64,000 nt of DNA from Leucoraja ocellata. Taxonomy: Eukaryota. This document shows, in pieces, positions 39,000 to 52,840 of the stretch (position 1 is its first letter; each line of letters begins with the position of its first letter). Made by a program: the position numbers and the translations under genes. The notes under the pieces are model-generated. The model searched no databases. It was not told where the DNA came from and worked only from the letters and a program-made list of their open reading frames with translations. The stretch is from assembly GCA_036785375.1 (NCBI GenBank), contig JAWMAR010000142.1, forward strand, positions 2,666,001 through 2,730,000, in the 5' to 3' direction.

Positions 39000-39669
39000 A
39001 CCTATCCATGTTCTCCAGAAATGCTGCCTGATCCGCTGAGTTACTCTAATACTTTGTGTGCTTTTATGTAAACCAGCATCTGCAGTTCCTTGCTTCTAGA
39101 CCATGACCTCAATTCTGAAGAAGTTGCAACATTTTCAGCCAGGATTCGGCAACAAGCCAGTCACTGGTTCAGGTGACAGCTGCTTTGAGGTAGGGCGCAC
39201 AATGTCTTTCTGCTTCTGAGCATTATCACCTTGATCCAGCTGAAGGCTGGTTTCCATCAAGCTGTTAGTTCCATAGATAGAGTGATCTGCCATCAGGGAG
39301 CAATCAGATTCTCTCCCTGAGCAGAGAGATAGATACCTCTCGTAAGCTGTAGACAAAGGATCGAAGGGTGCCACCAGTGAAGTGTTCCCACTTCTGCAGG
39401 AGAAATATGACGTTGCACAAGCAGCCAGCTGTACCCCATGAACAGAGAGATGCTGCGTGACAGCAGACTGCTCTTCTGCAGGAGCAGGAAGATGCCACCT
39501 GTGAATGGATTGCATTCCCACAGGAGCAGAGATGTGGCGTGTACGAACTCGTTTCTCTGCTGTACAAGAAGCGGCACGTAAACCAGCTCTCACACCAGTG
39601 TTTCACAATCAGGCTTGCAGAGATGTGACACTGAGGAAAAGAAGGGACCAGACAACAGATAATGAACAA

Positions 39670-41240
39670 AGAACATAGAATAATACAGCACCGGAACAGC
39701 CTTTCAGCCACAATGTCCGTGCCAAACAAGGTGCCAAGTTAAACTGATCACATCTACATGATCCATATCCCTCTATTCTCTGCACTTCCACGTGCTTATC
39801 TAAAACTCTCATAAATGTCACTTTATAGCTGCCTCCACCACCAACCCTGGTAATACATTCCAGGCCCCTACTACACTCTGTGTAAAAGACTTGCCCTGCA
39901 CATCTTCATTAAACTGAGATCGACACTGATGTAGATTGATTTTCATTCTTAAAGAGGCTACAAATCCGTCTGACTGGAATGCAGCTTCATAAAGCTGTAG
40001 GTAGGTCACATTTGGAGTATTGCAAGCAGTTCTGATTGCTCCATTGCAGAAAGGATGTGAGGCTTTGGAGAAAGTGCAGAAGAGATTCACCAGGATATTA
40101 CCTGGATTAGAGACTTTTAGCTATAAAGGAGAGGCTGGATATACTTAGATTATCTCTGCAGTATCAGAGACAGAGGAGAGACCCGATAGACATTTATAAA
40201 ACTGTAAACTGCCTAGACAGAGTCATACAGCTCAGAAACAAGCACTTTGACCTGACTTGTCTATGCCGACCAAGATGCCCCATCTACACTAATCCCACCT
40301 GCCCACGTATGGCTGATATATCCCTCTAAATCTTTCCAATCCATGTGTCGATCCAAATGTCTTTTAAATGTTGTTTTAAGTACCTGCCTCAACTATCCCC
40401 TCTGACTGCTTATGCCATACCACCCTCTCTGTGAACAAATTACCCCTGGGTTCCTAGTAAATCTTTCCCCTCTCACCTTAAACCTCTGGTTCTTGATTCG
40501 CCTACTCTGGGTAAAAGACTTTGACCTTATCAATTCCCCTTTTACACCTCTCTATAAGACCATTCCCCAGCCTCCTGCGCTCCAAGAAATAAAGTCCTTG
40601 CCAGCCCAACCTCTCTAAGCTCAGGCCCTCGAGTCCAGGCAACATCCTCGTAAATCGTCTCTGTACTCTTTCCAACTTAATGATATCTTACCTATAGCAA
40701 CGACCAAAACTGAACAGAATACACCAGATGCAGCCTCACCACCTGTAACATAACATCCCAACTTCTATACTCAATACCCTGACTGAAGAAGGCCCCTATG
40801 TACGGAAAGGCTTCCGGACAAACCCATCTACCAGTGCCAGCACTTTCAGGAAACGATGTAACTGCAATATTAGATCCTGTGGCTCTACAACACACCCCAG
40901 GGCCCTGCCATTCAGTGGGAAGATCCTGCCCTGGTTAGACCCAAAGTGCAACATCCTGTACTTATCTGAACTAAATTCCATTAGTCATTCCTCAGCCCAA
41001 GTTTTTGATAACCATCTTCACTTTCTATGATACCAACCATTTTAGTATCAACCGCAAACTTACAAATCATGCCTTGTACATTCTCTTCCAATAGCAAAGA
41101 CAGTCTTTGTCAAATACTAGAGGGCATAGATTTAAGGTGAGAGGAGGAAAGTTTAAGAATGATGTAAGGGGCAAGTTCTAATTTTTTAAAAGTGTGAAAG
41201 ATTCCTGAAATGTGCTGCCTGGGGAGATGGTGGAGGCAGA
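39670..41240. mobile_element. Cluster of nested CR1/HER1 LINE fragments on both strands
   Basis: Minus-strand QGIEYRSWDVMLQ...VQFWS and SVVGAWNVLPGLVVEA; plus-strand fragment at ~39980-40220 resuming at ~41100. Confidence 0.8.
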
Positions 41241-41394
41241 CATTGCTTATTAGAAAGATCCCAATCAACATGGTGTCTCCAACGTGGACGTTATTTTGTC
41301 TCCTGCCCTTAGTCTGACCCTCCCCAATCTCCTAACACAGCCTATTCATGGGGACTTACAAAATGAGTAGCTCAGCAGCTAAATGTTGCAATAG

Positions 41395-41700
41395 TTTAGT
41401 ATAATTTAAAGTTACAGCATGGAAACAGGCCCTTCAACCCTCGAGTCCACACCGACCAGCGATCCCCGCACATTAATAGTATCCCATACACACACTAGGA
41501 ACATTTTTTTTACATTTAACTACATCCCTGTACGTCTTTGGAGTGTGGGATGAAACCGAAGATCTCGGAGAAAACCCAAGCGGTCGCGGGGAGAACGTAC
41601 AAACTCCGTACAGACAGCACCCATTATCAGGGTCGAATCTGGATCTCCAGTGCTGCAAGTGCTGTAAGGCAGCAACTCGATCCCTGCACCACCATGCCAC
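41395..41700 (-). mobile_element. HE1-like V-SINE
   Basis: GGAAACAGGCCCTTC tail, GGGGAGAACGTACAAACTCCGTACAGACAGCAC core. Confidence 0.88.
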
Positions 41701-43360
41701 CCTTAAGTCTTCTTCCCTAAAGTCCTGAAGTGGTCAGTAAAGTCTTCTTGGTACACACAACAATAGAGGTAAATCTCATCTTGACCACATCCAATCTGAA
41801 CCTGATCTGAGACCAAAGATGTAATTCTTTTGTCTTCCAAACAAAACCTGATCAGCAAGTGGACCTTGTGTGTAGGAAAGAACCGCAAATGTTGATTCAC
41901 ACTGAAGATATATGCAAAAAGAAAAGCGGATATGAAAAGGTCCATAGAACTATTTAATCAAAGATGGCAGGTGGGACTAGTGTAGCTGGGACATGTTGGC
42001 CGGTGTGGGCAAGTTGGGCCGAAGGGCCTGTTTCCAGATTGTATCACTCTACAACTCTATATGCAAAAAGACCGATCATAGTCAGCAATAATGATCAAGG
42101 AAAGGTGGAGCCCACAACAGCCTGTTGTTGGCTGTGGGGAAAGTGATAAAGAGTGTATACAAACAGTGATACTCTGCAGGTTAACAGTGAAACTAGTGTG
42201 ACGACTATTGTGGGGCGGGATGCAGAGAGAGTGGATGCACAAGTTACTTGAGGTTAAAACAATATATACACTGGCCGCCCAAGCGAAATATGAGTTGCAG
42301 TTCGTACAATTTGCATTTGGCCTCACTCTGGCAATGGAGGAGAACAGTGTTGGGTCACTCGGTTCTGGTGGTATAAGCATAGTCTTTGGACTAGGAAAGG
42401 TGTACGGGCAATTTCCAATCAGTTCTGAATCTGTCCCAAGTGTTTCCATTGTCAGCTGAGAGACCATTTAAATTGTGAGTAAACGGAACGGCATGTGCTG
42501 CTGGATCTCATGAATCTGTTCCAAAACAGTTGTTGTGTGGACTTCGAGCTCCAATTCATGTCAGAAAAGGAGGGTATGTCCACTGAGATCATCACGTATG
42601 TGCCTAATGCCATGAAAAACATTGGACTTGGAATGTGGGCCATGACTGGACATGCCAGGTCCATTTTCATATTTGGCTCGCTTTCAAAGAAAAAAAAGAT
42701 TGCAAACATAAACAATAAGAAAATCTATGCAAAGTAAAATCAAATATGGATCACATAACCCTGAAAAATAGCGCCATCCAATATCCAGCCCCAGCCTTTG
42801 AGGCCATGGTCAATGATTGTTGGATGCAGGAAGGTGATGAGAGGTTCTGGAGAAGATTTGATGCACCTCTGATCATTCAATGAAAGGAATGAAGATTTTA
42901 CAGCAGAATATAGACCTGTACTTGCCAGCGCACTCGATGAATGCATTTTCCTCCATTTAATTATTAGGGCAGGTAGGTTTCATTCACATCATGATAACAA
43001 GATAGTACTTGGTTTAGGGATTCATATAAACCCAAAGCAATGGACAAAGAAGATGTCCATTTGGTAATGGGTAGAGAGAGTCTCGACAGTCAGAGTTCAT
43101 TTGTTGAATAGATTTATTTGCAGACACCAACATTTTCTGATTTTCCTTCCTTTCCTGAAGATGCAGATTTGGGAGTTATCAATTTTAGGGCATAATCAGG
43201 TTTCTGTAAATCAACCAAACAGACAACGTCTTTGCACAAGCCTCAGCAACAAGTTACATATCAAATAATGGTAAATGATATCTGAATGAAACTCACCAAT
43301 TGCAACACCCCAAATGGTGGCCAATTCAAAAACAGTCACAGCAGTCCACGAGTGACATCC

Positions 43361-43560
43361 NNNNNNNNNNNNNNNNNNNNNNNNNNNNNNNNNNNNNNNN
43401 NNNNNNNNNNNNNNNNNNNNNNNNNNNNNNNNNNNNNNNNNNNNNNNNNNNNNNNNNNNNNNNNNNNNNNNNNNNNNNNNNNNNNNNNNNNNNNNNNNNN
43501 NNNNNNNNNNNNNNNNNNNNNNNNNNNNNNNNNNNNNNNNNNNNNNNNNNNNNNNNNNNN
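43361..43560. other. Assembly gap (N run)
   Basis: Ns in the sequence. Confidence 1.
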
Positions 43561-44909
43561 GCCACTCTCTACACATCAGGGGTAATTTACAGAGGCCGAT
43601 TAACCTACAAACCTGCAGGCCTTTGGGATGTGGGAGGAAACTGGAGCACCAGGAGGAGACCGACATGGGGAGAACATGCGATCTTTAGAAATATGTAACC
43701 TAGATGGCAATGGACGGTCGGACGCATGTGTATATTGGAAAATATAGCATAGAAATGTCCAGCCCTTCGGCCCACAATGTCTGTATCCATTATAATGCCA
43801 AGATAAACTAATTTCATCTGCCTATTGACAAGAAGCTGATGATTTTTTTGGTTATTAAGGGACTAAAGGGATATGAAGATTTGACCAAAGGGTCTCTTTC
43901 CATGCTGTATCATTAAACAAAACTAAACTACATTAAACATGGGTTCACACAGCAAGAAAACAGTACGTTCTGCTCATTGGGGATCATTAATTATCAAGCA
44001 CACATTTATGGTAATCCTACACTAATCCTATTTTATTCTTCCTATTTTCTCATCAACTCCCTCCAGATTGTGCCATTCACCTACCTAAAGGTGTGTGTAA
44101 ATAAAGAGTGGTCAATTAGTTTACCAACCCAAGTGGCTTTAGAAGAAAACTGGAGTACCTCGAGGGAAATCCATGCAGTCACAGAGATAATATGCAAATT
44201 TCACGTGGCTGGCACCAGAGGACCACAGGTTACAAGCTGTGCCTCGGTATTATCCTTTCACAACAGATCATAACAAAAAGGTGAGATATAAGGAAAATCT
44301 GACAAGGAGTCTTTGACCTAAGACATGAATGTTGTCTCTCCACAGACACACTGCCATGCCTGCTGAGGCCATCTGGCATTGTTCTGTTTTTATTTTAAAT
44401 TTCTGGAGTGTTTCAATTTTGATTTTGTGTGAAAAGTGATCTGGTGCGGGGTTGCTGCAGGGAAAGGGAGCAATCAATCGACACACAACAAACTCCTACA
44501 AACAGCTATGAGGTAAATAACATAAGAACAAGGACTGGAACAATTTTGTTGAAAATAGCCCTGGGTAGAGAGGGAATTAAATTTAAAAAGAATAACCTGT
44601 TCTGAACAAAGTGTGCACATTTTCTATCAGCTGGGTTATACAATCCACTGTACTGTCAATTTTTCCTTTGTTATGGAGTAGATCTCCTGTGCCAGTACAG
44701 TCAAGGCTGTCAGCTATCTTTTCAAGTTCCTGGCTGCTGCCGTCTGTTTCCGCAATTGCATGTCCAAAAATCAATGTGAAAAGTGGTAACTTTAACTCTT
44801 TGCATTATTCATTCCTTGGAGTTGCTCTTCTTGTCTATGTTTGGCATTGTTTTTGACTTCAAAACGACAGCCACAATCATTTGAAGGAAGATAAATAACT
44901 TCTGAAACA

Positions 44910-45733
44910 TCTGGGGGAGTGGGCAGATGCATGGCAGATGAAGTTTAACGTGGATAGATGTGAAGTTATCCACTTTGGTATCAAAAACAAGAAGGCAGAT
45001 TACCATCTAAATGGCGTCAAGTTGGGAAAAGGGGAAGTACAACGGGATCTGGGTGTCCTTGTTCATCAGTCTATGAAAATAAGCATGCAGGTACAGCAGG
45101 CAGTGAAGAAAGCGAATGGCATGTTGGCCTTTATAACAAGAGGAATCGATTATAGGAGCAAAGAGGTCCTTCTGCAGTTGTACAGAGCCCTAGTGAGACC
45201 ACACCTGGAGTATTATGTGCAGTTTTGGTCCCCTAATTTGAGGAAGGACATTCTTGCTATTGAAGGAGTGCAGCATATGTTTACAAGGTTAATTCCCGGG
45301 ATGGCGGGACTGTCATAAGCTGAGAGAATGGAGCGGCTGGGCTTGTATACTCTGGAGTTTAGAAGGATGAGAGGGGATCTTATTGGACACGCTATAGGCA
45401 GGAAACATGTTCCCGATGTTGGGGGAGTCCAGAACCAGGGGTCACAGTTTAAGAATAAGGGGTAAGCCATTTAGAATGGAGCTGAGGAAACATTTTTTCT
45501 CACAGAGAGTTGCGAGTGTGGAATTCTCTGCCTCAGAGGGCGGTGGAGGCTGGGTCTCTTGATAGTTTCAAGAGAGAGCTAGATAGGGCTCTTAAAGATA
45601 GCGGAGTCAGGGGATATGGGGAGAAGGCAGGAACGGGGTACTGATTGGGGATGATCAGCCATGATCACATTGAATGGCGGTGCTGGCTCGAAGGGCCGAA
45701 TGGCCTACTCCTGCACCTATTATCTATTGTCTA
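44910..45733 (+). mobile_element. CR1/HER1 LINE 3' part, 5'-truncated, disrupted ORF2
   Basis: WQMKFNVDRCEVIHFG...RDLGVLV...LYRALVRPHLEYYVQFWSP; 3' UTR GAAGGGCCGAATGGCCTACTCCTGCACCTAT. Confidence 0.95.
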
Positions 45734-45837
45734 TCTGAAAATCCCTGCAGTGGGTGAAAATCTGCACAACACAAATAAGGTAGACAATCAGAATCTTTTT
45801 CTCAGGATGGAAACACCAAATACTGGAGGGTATAATG

Positions 45838-46735
45838 GGTATATCCTGATCTGGCCTCCTTTATATCGGCGAGAGCAAGTGTAGGCTACGCGACTGTTTC
45901 GTCGAACACTTATGCTCTGTCTGCCAAAGCCTGCTGGATCCCCTGGTTGCTAACCATTTTAACTCCCTTTTTCATACCATCCATTCTGTCCATGAACACA
46001 TCCATGCCAGAGTAAGTCAACATGTAAATTGGAGGAACAGCACCTTATATTCCACTTGGGTATCCTACAATTCAACGGTATAAACACTGAAGAAGGGTCT
46101 CGACCCGTAACATCACTAATTTTCTTCTCTCCAGAGATGCTGCCTGTCCCGCTGAGTTACTCCAGCATTTTGTGCTATCTTCGCTATAAATACTGAATTC
46201 TCCAACTTCAAGTGATACCTCTTCCACACACTCTTTCCTATAACATCCACCCCAATTCGGGTGAACATACATTTCTCCCACCATCTCCTTTCAGTCATCC
46301 TCCTCCTTTCCCCTCCTTCATATACTCATCTCAGAGTTCCCTATTTCCTTCCCCCCCCCCCTCCCCTCCCCCTCTTTCACCCTCCTTTCTGTCCCTTTCC
46401 ACCCACATCACTCCCTCTGGCTTTAGATTTCACTCCCCTCATCTCCTTTCACTCGTATCCCTCCCTCCGGCTTTATATTTCACTCCTCTTCTTCTGCCCT
46501 TATCTGATGCACATTTGTCTCCTTTTCGCCTTTAGTCTTTGTTATGCGAACCCCTCCTTCACCTGTACCCATCTATCACTTGCCTGGCTTTGTTCCACCC
46601 CACCTCTCATTTCCAGCTTTCTCCCTTCCCCCACCCTACTCCAATCAGTCCTCAGCAGCTTCCTGACCCAAAAGGTTGCCTGTGCATTCCCTTACCAGAT
46701 GCTGCCTGATCCTACTCCAGCATTTTGTGCCTGTC
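45838..46735 (+). mobile_element. Degraded Penelope-like 3' fragment with nested terminal-repeat copy (46087-46185)
   Basis: YIGESKCRL...VANHFNS...KLEEQHLIF-like remnants; CTGAAGAAGGGTCTCGACCCGTAACATC at 46087. Confidence 0.75.
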
Positions 46736-47319
46736 TCAGTTCCTCCAGCACATTGCGTTTTGCTTTTCATTTTGCCATTTGATTGCCAGCACATTATGTG
46801 CTGGCAGTGTTTAGTTTTGTGAAGTGCTAGCATGTCAATGGAAAAAAAAGTGCTTGTTTCTGCTGCGGAGAGACCATTATTGAGCACACTGCTTGAACCC
46901 AAGCTGCTCTCAATCTCATTTTATTTCCACAGTGTTACTGTTAAAACCCAGCATTGACGTACGGGACTTCCCAATGTGAAGTTTAAAGTTTGCCTTGTCC
47001 AATAAAAGTCGAATGGACAATAAGTTATTTCGGGACTGAAAGCATTCACAGATTGAGAGACGAAAATAACAATGAAGAAATCCACGACACCAGACATTGT
47101 CAGTTGGCCCTTCCCCTGATATCCCTCCTACTTCTGCCTCCCCACCACAACATGCTCAAATCAGTGTGGGATCATAACAAGGCAGACTTCCACTGTAACG
47201 ATCATTACAACCATCAAGAGGGTTGGCGCGGCAGGTAACTATATGAAAATATAAGAAAACTACTCAACGATTCAGTTGCCAACTGCAGACAGCTAGAGGC
47301 CAGTGACTGGGCGACACTG

Positions 47320-47585
47320 TCAATCTTGACCACAGGTGTTGTCTGTACGTAGGTTGTGCGTTCTCCACCGTGACCTGCGTGGGTTTTTTCCAGGAGCTCT
47401 GGTTTCCTCTCACACTCCAAAAAAGTACAGGTTTGTAGGTTAATTGGCTTTGGTACAATTGTAAATTGTCCCAAGTGTTTGTAGGATACAGTTAGTGTGC
47501 GGGGATCGCTGGATGACGCCGACTTGGTGGTCCGAAAGGCCTGTATCCGCCCTGTATTTTTAAACTAAATAAACAAAACTAAACT
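47320..47585 (+). mobile_element. HE1-like V-SINE, 5'-truncated
   Basis: V-domain and CTAAA-type tail. Confidence 0.8.
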
Positions 47586-49244
47586 ACTGATGCATAAACA
47601 ACCCATCTCAGAGATGTGGCAAAACTGGTCTAAGGCATCCTGATCTATAGGAAACGAGGCTTTGAATGAGTTCCAATGCATCACTGTTTTAAGAAATTAA
47701 AAGCTGGTTTTGCAAGTCTCCACACTGAGACCAGCAGCTGTAAAAATAGTTGTCCAGGAGCATTCCAGACATCTTAAAGAATTATAACTGCCTTTGTGCT
47801 TTGTGGCTAGGTTCCATCAGAACATTTTCTGGATAATTTCAAAAGCCAGATTAATGTTGTAGCATAATACATCGATGACCCAGAGTAGAAATAGTGCAGA
47901 TTTTTAATGTGAATCATCACTATATTACAATTCCAAATGCATTCGGCAAATATTTTTATCATGACAAATAAAGTTCCGATTTGACCAACATGTTAAAGTA
48001 CGAAATTTCTCCAACATCAGTTTATTGTGAACCAGGAAGCTGCCCGAGTATGTAATTCTTCCATTGATCCTCAAGACTTGAGCACCCTCTCTCAGTGCTA
48101 ACAATCTGAAGCTGTCTGTATGGCAAGCACAATGAAATCTTAATGCTCATTGACAGAATCGATTTGGCATCATGTACAAACACTGGGCTAACGTAACAAA
48201 AAAGCGCATTTAATTATTTGTGTTAATCGTTCCCATTTGAATATCAAGGAAGAATAAAGGGGAAGAAGTGTTGATCAAGCAAGAACGGAGGTTAATACAA
48301 TCTGAGCCCCTCATCCTTTATATCGATCCTTTACATTTTTCTTTAATCCACACATCTTTTCATCCAGTCAGTCATCCCTACTTGCATCCATACCTACCTT
48401 ACGTCAAATATCTCTATTCTTGCTATTTCTTTCCTTCTCTCACTTGTACCCCGCTGTCTTTTCTCATCACTCACCTCTCACCTCCTCTGTCTGTGTCCCA
48501 GGCTTTCTCCTTACTCCCCCCAGGCCAATTTCCTCCAACTGATAATTACCTCCAACAAAATGCCGTCCTCATATTCCGCTTACAACCCAATGGAATGAAA
48601 GTCGAATTCTCCAAATTTCAATGTGCGTAAGCCTCTCCCATCGCATCTCTCCCCCATATAACCCCCCTTCTTCTTTCCTCCGCCCCCTTGCCGCACCTGG
48701 ACTCACCTATTTCTCCTCTCCCGCTCCCCTTCTGCCTACGTTCCTTCCTCACCATTTGTAACTCTTTTGTCTTCGCCTTCTGTCTTTTCATCTCTGGCCT
48801 TTTTCCAACCCCAAATGGGGGCCCTGCTTCAGACTGACGTTTTGGAGCAAGACTAACGTCTGAAGAAGGATCCAGACCTGCAATATTCCCCATCCTTTTT
48901 CTCTAGAGATGCTGCCTGACCCGCTGAGTTACTCCAGCACTTTGTGTCTACCTGCAGATCCTTGTATCTAAAATGCTATCACAATCATCACAACCTTTGG
49001 GCACTAATACACGAATGGGCTTATGCAGGAACTGATCCAAAAAAACATGATTGCCTTACAAAATTGAAGGCCGTCATTCTATTCTGTGCCAGGAACATAT
49101 CATTTGAAAACACAATCTAAATTTTTTGAAATCTATTTTGACAAATAAACTTTTTTATTAATGAATATTAATTGCTTCACTCCTCTATCACTAATCGTCT
49201 TGGATGAAGTACTGCATCACCTAAACTACCTGGAATCTACCTGT

Positions 49245-49700
49245 CCAAGGAATGATTGGGTTAACAATGATGTGCGTTTTACGACACTGGGCCTCTACTC
49301 GCTGGAGTTTAGCAGGATGAGGGGGTACCTCATTGAAACCTACCCAATAGTGAACAGCCTGGTTAGAGAGGATGTTCCCACTAGTGTGACAGTCTAGGAC
49401 CAGAGGCCATAGCCTCAGATTAAAAAGGACGTACCTTTAGGAAGGAGATGAGGAGGAATTTCTTTAATCAGAAGGTGGTGAATCTGTGGAATTCATTGCC
49501 ATAGAGGCTGTGGAGGCCGTCAGTGGATATTTTAAGACAGAGTATGAAAGATTCTTGATTAGTAAGGGTGTCAGAGCCAATGGGAAGAAGGCAGGAGACT
49601 GATCTTGAGAGGGAAAGATAGATCAACCATGATTGAATGGCAAAGTAGACTTGATGGGCCGAATGGTCTAATTCTGTTCCTCGAACTTATGAATTTATGA
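49245..49700 (+). mobile_element. CR1/HER1 LINE 3' fragment
   Basis: LGLYSLEFSRMRGYLIETY; homologous to 5474-5895. Confidence 0.88.
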
Positions 49701-49994
49701 AACATAAGATATTACTAGAGATGAGGAACTCGAATGGAGAGCCAGGTTTCAGACTGCTCCACAAACTGTGCTGTGAGGCTGGTCTATAAAAACACCAGTC
49801 ACCGTTGACGCAGGAGCCTTGCACATCTGACTCCAAATACAATCAAATTATCATTAGCAATGTGTGATTGAATGCAGTGTCACTATGAAACAGAGATTAA
49901 GTGACAAAAGAAACTGCCACCTTGCAGGACTCCATTAATTTTGAAACTGCTTCATAATGTTGTCAAAAAATGTTATATGACAGATGGTATCGAG

Positions 49995-50570
49995 TACTAC
50001 ATGGACGTGTTGCCACTTTCACGATGGGCAGCGCGGTCTGAAGGCTTCCCGACAGGCCGCGGCTGTGAACTGGGAACGCGGCCAGAGGCCTTTATTGAGG
50101 CACCGCGGTCTCGATGCCTCCCAGATCTACGTGTAGAAGCCTGAGTCGGGGCCCGGCCGGGACCTCGCAGGTTGGGCGAAGTGGCGACGGAGCCCGCGGC
50201 TGGTGACCCGGGTTGGCACCATGGAGGCGTGAAGTGGGGCGTCGATAGTGGTGAGGCCTCTGCGGCAGCAGTGGTGAACCCTCGCGACGATGGGACCTCG
50301 GCGGTGGTGAAACCTCGCTTGCGTGGGGGGACCGCAGTGAGGGAGGAGGGGGGGAGAACAATGGACAATGGGGGGAGGGGGGCAAAGGACAATGGGGACC
50401 CGGCGTGGGGGAACTGTTGGGGGGGGGGGGGGTGGGAGGAACAAAAGGGGGAGCCGGCGTGCTTTGTAACTTTGTCAGTGCTGTAGGTGGCTGCTATTTG
50501 TATATATTGTATGCAAGCAAAGAATCTCACTGTGCCTAGTCACATGTGACAATAAAGTATTCCTATTCCC
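49995..50570 (+). mobile_element. GC-rich retroposon with G-run tract and Rex1-like tail
   Basis: CpG-rich body, G-runs at 50340-50435, ends CACATGTGACAATAAAGTATTCCTATTCC. Confidence 0.6.
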
Positions 50571-50914
50571 AAGTATGGATAACTTGGAGATTCTCTTGTG
50601 GTTCCCCTATAATTTCCCAGTGTATCTGCCTGCCATTAAATAGATAGGTGCATTTTTGTAATTATTTTAGTGACACAGTTGGGTTGCCCAAGTCATGGGT
50701 AGCAACATGAATGCCAAAGGCAGATGGTACATGGAGCATTACCACTGTTCTCCTAGTAGTGTTCCATCATCATCATCATCATCATCATCATCTAGACCCT
50801 GGAACTCTCTATTAAACAACATGGTGGCAGTGGTTTTGCCAGAAGGATTGCAGCAGTTTAAGAAGGCAACTCGCTATCACCTCCACAAGGCCAGTGAGAG
50901 GTGGACGATAGCTG

Positions 50915-51435
50915 TCCGTGGTGTACAGTTCTGGTCGTTTCAATGCAGGTAGGACGTGGAAGTTTTGGAGAAGGTGCAAGAGATTTACCAGGATGGTGCC
51001 TAGATGAGAGGGTATTAGCTGTGAGGTGAGGTTGGACACTCTGGAGAATTGGAGGCTGAGGGGAGACTTGATGGAAGTATATAAAATGATGAGAGGCATA
51101 GATATAGGAGACTGTCAGAACCTGTTTCCCAGGGTGAAAATGTCAAAGACCGGAGGGCATAACTTTAAAAAGGCAAAGTTTAAAAGAGATGTGCGGGATC
51201 ATTTTTTATTTTACTCAGAATGTTGGGCGCCTGGAACGTACTCGCTAGGAGCAGTGGTGGAGGTAGATATGATGCTGCTGTTTAAGAGGCCTTTAAATTG
51301 GCACATGGTTGGGCAGGGAATTGAGCGACATGGATCACTTGCAGGCAGATGAGATTAGTTTAGTTTAGCATCATATTCGGCACACACATAGTGGGCTGAA
51401 GTCCAAGTTCCTGTGCTGTACATATTTTATGCTCT
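50915..51435 (+). mobile_element. CR1/HER1 LINE 3' fragment
   Basis: VQFWS...RLRGDLMEVYKMMRGID...LFPRV. Confidence 0.85.
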
Positions 51436-52537
51436 AAGACCTATATTAGCAATGCCATAACCAATAAATACATACAAAAGGTCTTGCAAGAGTAAGGTTT
51501 TATTGCACATAGTATTACAAAGGGTCCCTGTTATCAACACTGAAACTGCCTCAAGATGTGGGAACTCTCAGTGGGACAGGGACGAGATCTCAACATCCAG
51601 TTAAAGTTTGGACATGGCCCAGTAATCCAGCAGCATTGGGTGAGAAGTCCAGGGAATTCTGTAGAGGTTTTCCAAAAGCACAGGCAGTTCTGGGCATATT
51701 GTCGTGGACGCTTTGGGATCAGGGCAGGACGAGGAATGTAGGCCACCAAGAAAGAGTCCTGGGAGGTTGGCATGGAGAGGAGATTGGATAAGGGGTACTG
51801 AGATACTGAGCACAGACTGTCCTTCATCCCATTTGAACCAGTACTTTCAGTTCTTCTACCATGTTCTTGGCTACAAGCCACCAACATATCCACAAATGTT
51901 GTGTCATCAGGTATCCCTCCCCACTGTTCACCAAACCCTGTCCATGCTCCAAACCAAAATAACATACAACATAGAACAGTACAGCACAGGAATATGCTCT
52001 TTGCCCCACAATGTCCATGCCAGGTAAAATTCTGAATGTAAATGAGCCATATCCCTCCATTCCCTGCTTATCCAAGCCTTCCTACAAGCATTTAGGAAGC
52101 CACCCTTTAGCTTTCAATTTTATACTGTAATATTTGTTTTCAGTGTTTGTATCAATGTTTTCCAGCTTGGAAATCGACAACACTTATTTCTGGATTATTG
52201 CACTTCAGTTCAGAATTCCCACTAGGGACATCCTGGAGTGATTTGCCCTCTCACTTTCTGGTGTAACTCCTGTATCAGTGGCAAAGGGGATGAGGTCATT
52301 TGCCATGAAACGCTGCTTTTCGAGTACTGCTAAGGGGAACTTGGACCAAGCTGTCTATAAATGGGTACATTTTAGTCATTATTTCAATGATTTGCAGTAG
52401 GGTTGCCCAAGTCAGGAGTACCACAAAGAAGGCCAAAGGCGGCAGGTACATGGAGCATTGCCATCTACAGGCTCCTTTCCTGGTAGTGTTCCATCATCAT
52501 CATCTACCCTGTGGAACTCTCTATTCAACTCTTATGG

Positions 52538-52840
52538 GCGGCACAGTGGCGCAGCAGTAGAGTGGCTGCCTTACTGCGCCAGAGACACAAGTTCGATCCT
52601 GACTACGTGTGCTGTCTGAACGGAGTTTGTACATTCTCCCAGTGACCTGCATGGGTTTTCTCCGGGTGCTCGGGTTTCCTCCCACACTCCATAGACATAC
52701 AGGTTTCTAGGCTAATTGCCTTCAGTAAAATTGTACATTGTCCCGAGTGTGTGTAGGATGGTGTTAGTGTGCGGGGATTGCTGGTCGGCGCAGACTCAGT
52801 GGGCTGAAAGCCCTGTTTCCGCATCCACCGTTAAACTAAA
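52538..52840 (+). mobile_element. HE1-like V-SINE, full length
   Basis: GCGGCACAGTGGCGCAGCAGTAGAG head, GTTCGATCC, V-domain, tail. Confidence 0.9.

Noticed and set aside
38442-39039. Long ORFs of 175-186 aa (also 43211-43698)
   Set aside because: Their length comes from N runs translated as X.
42452-42946. Overlapping short ORFs in unique sequence
   Set aside because: No frame resembles a known protein and lengths are within chance expectation.
44583-44774. Protein-like minus-strand ORF (GHAIAETDGSSQELEKIADSLD...)
   Set aside because: No recognisable homology, no convincing splice acceptor and no partner exons; needs RNA-seq or BLAST.
46212-46782. Long Pro/Leu/Ser-rich ORFs
   Set aside because: Pyrimidine-rich low-complexity PLE 3' region.
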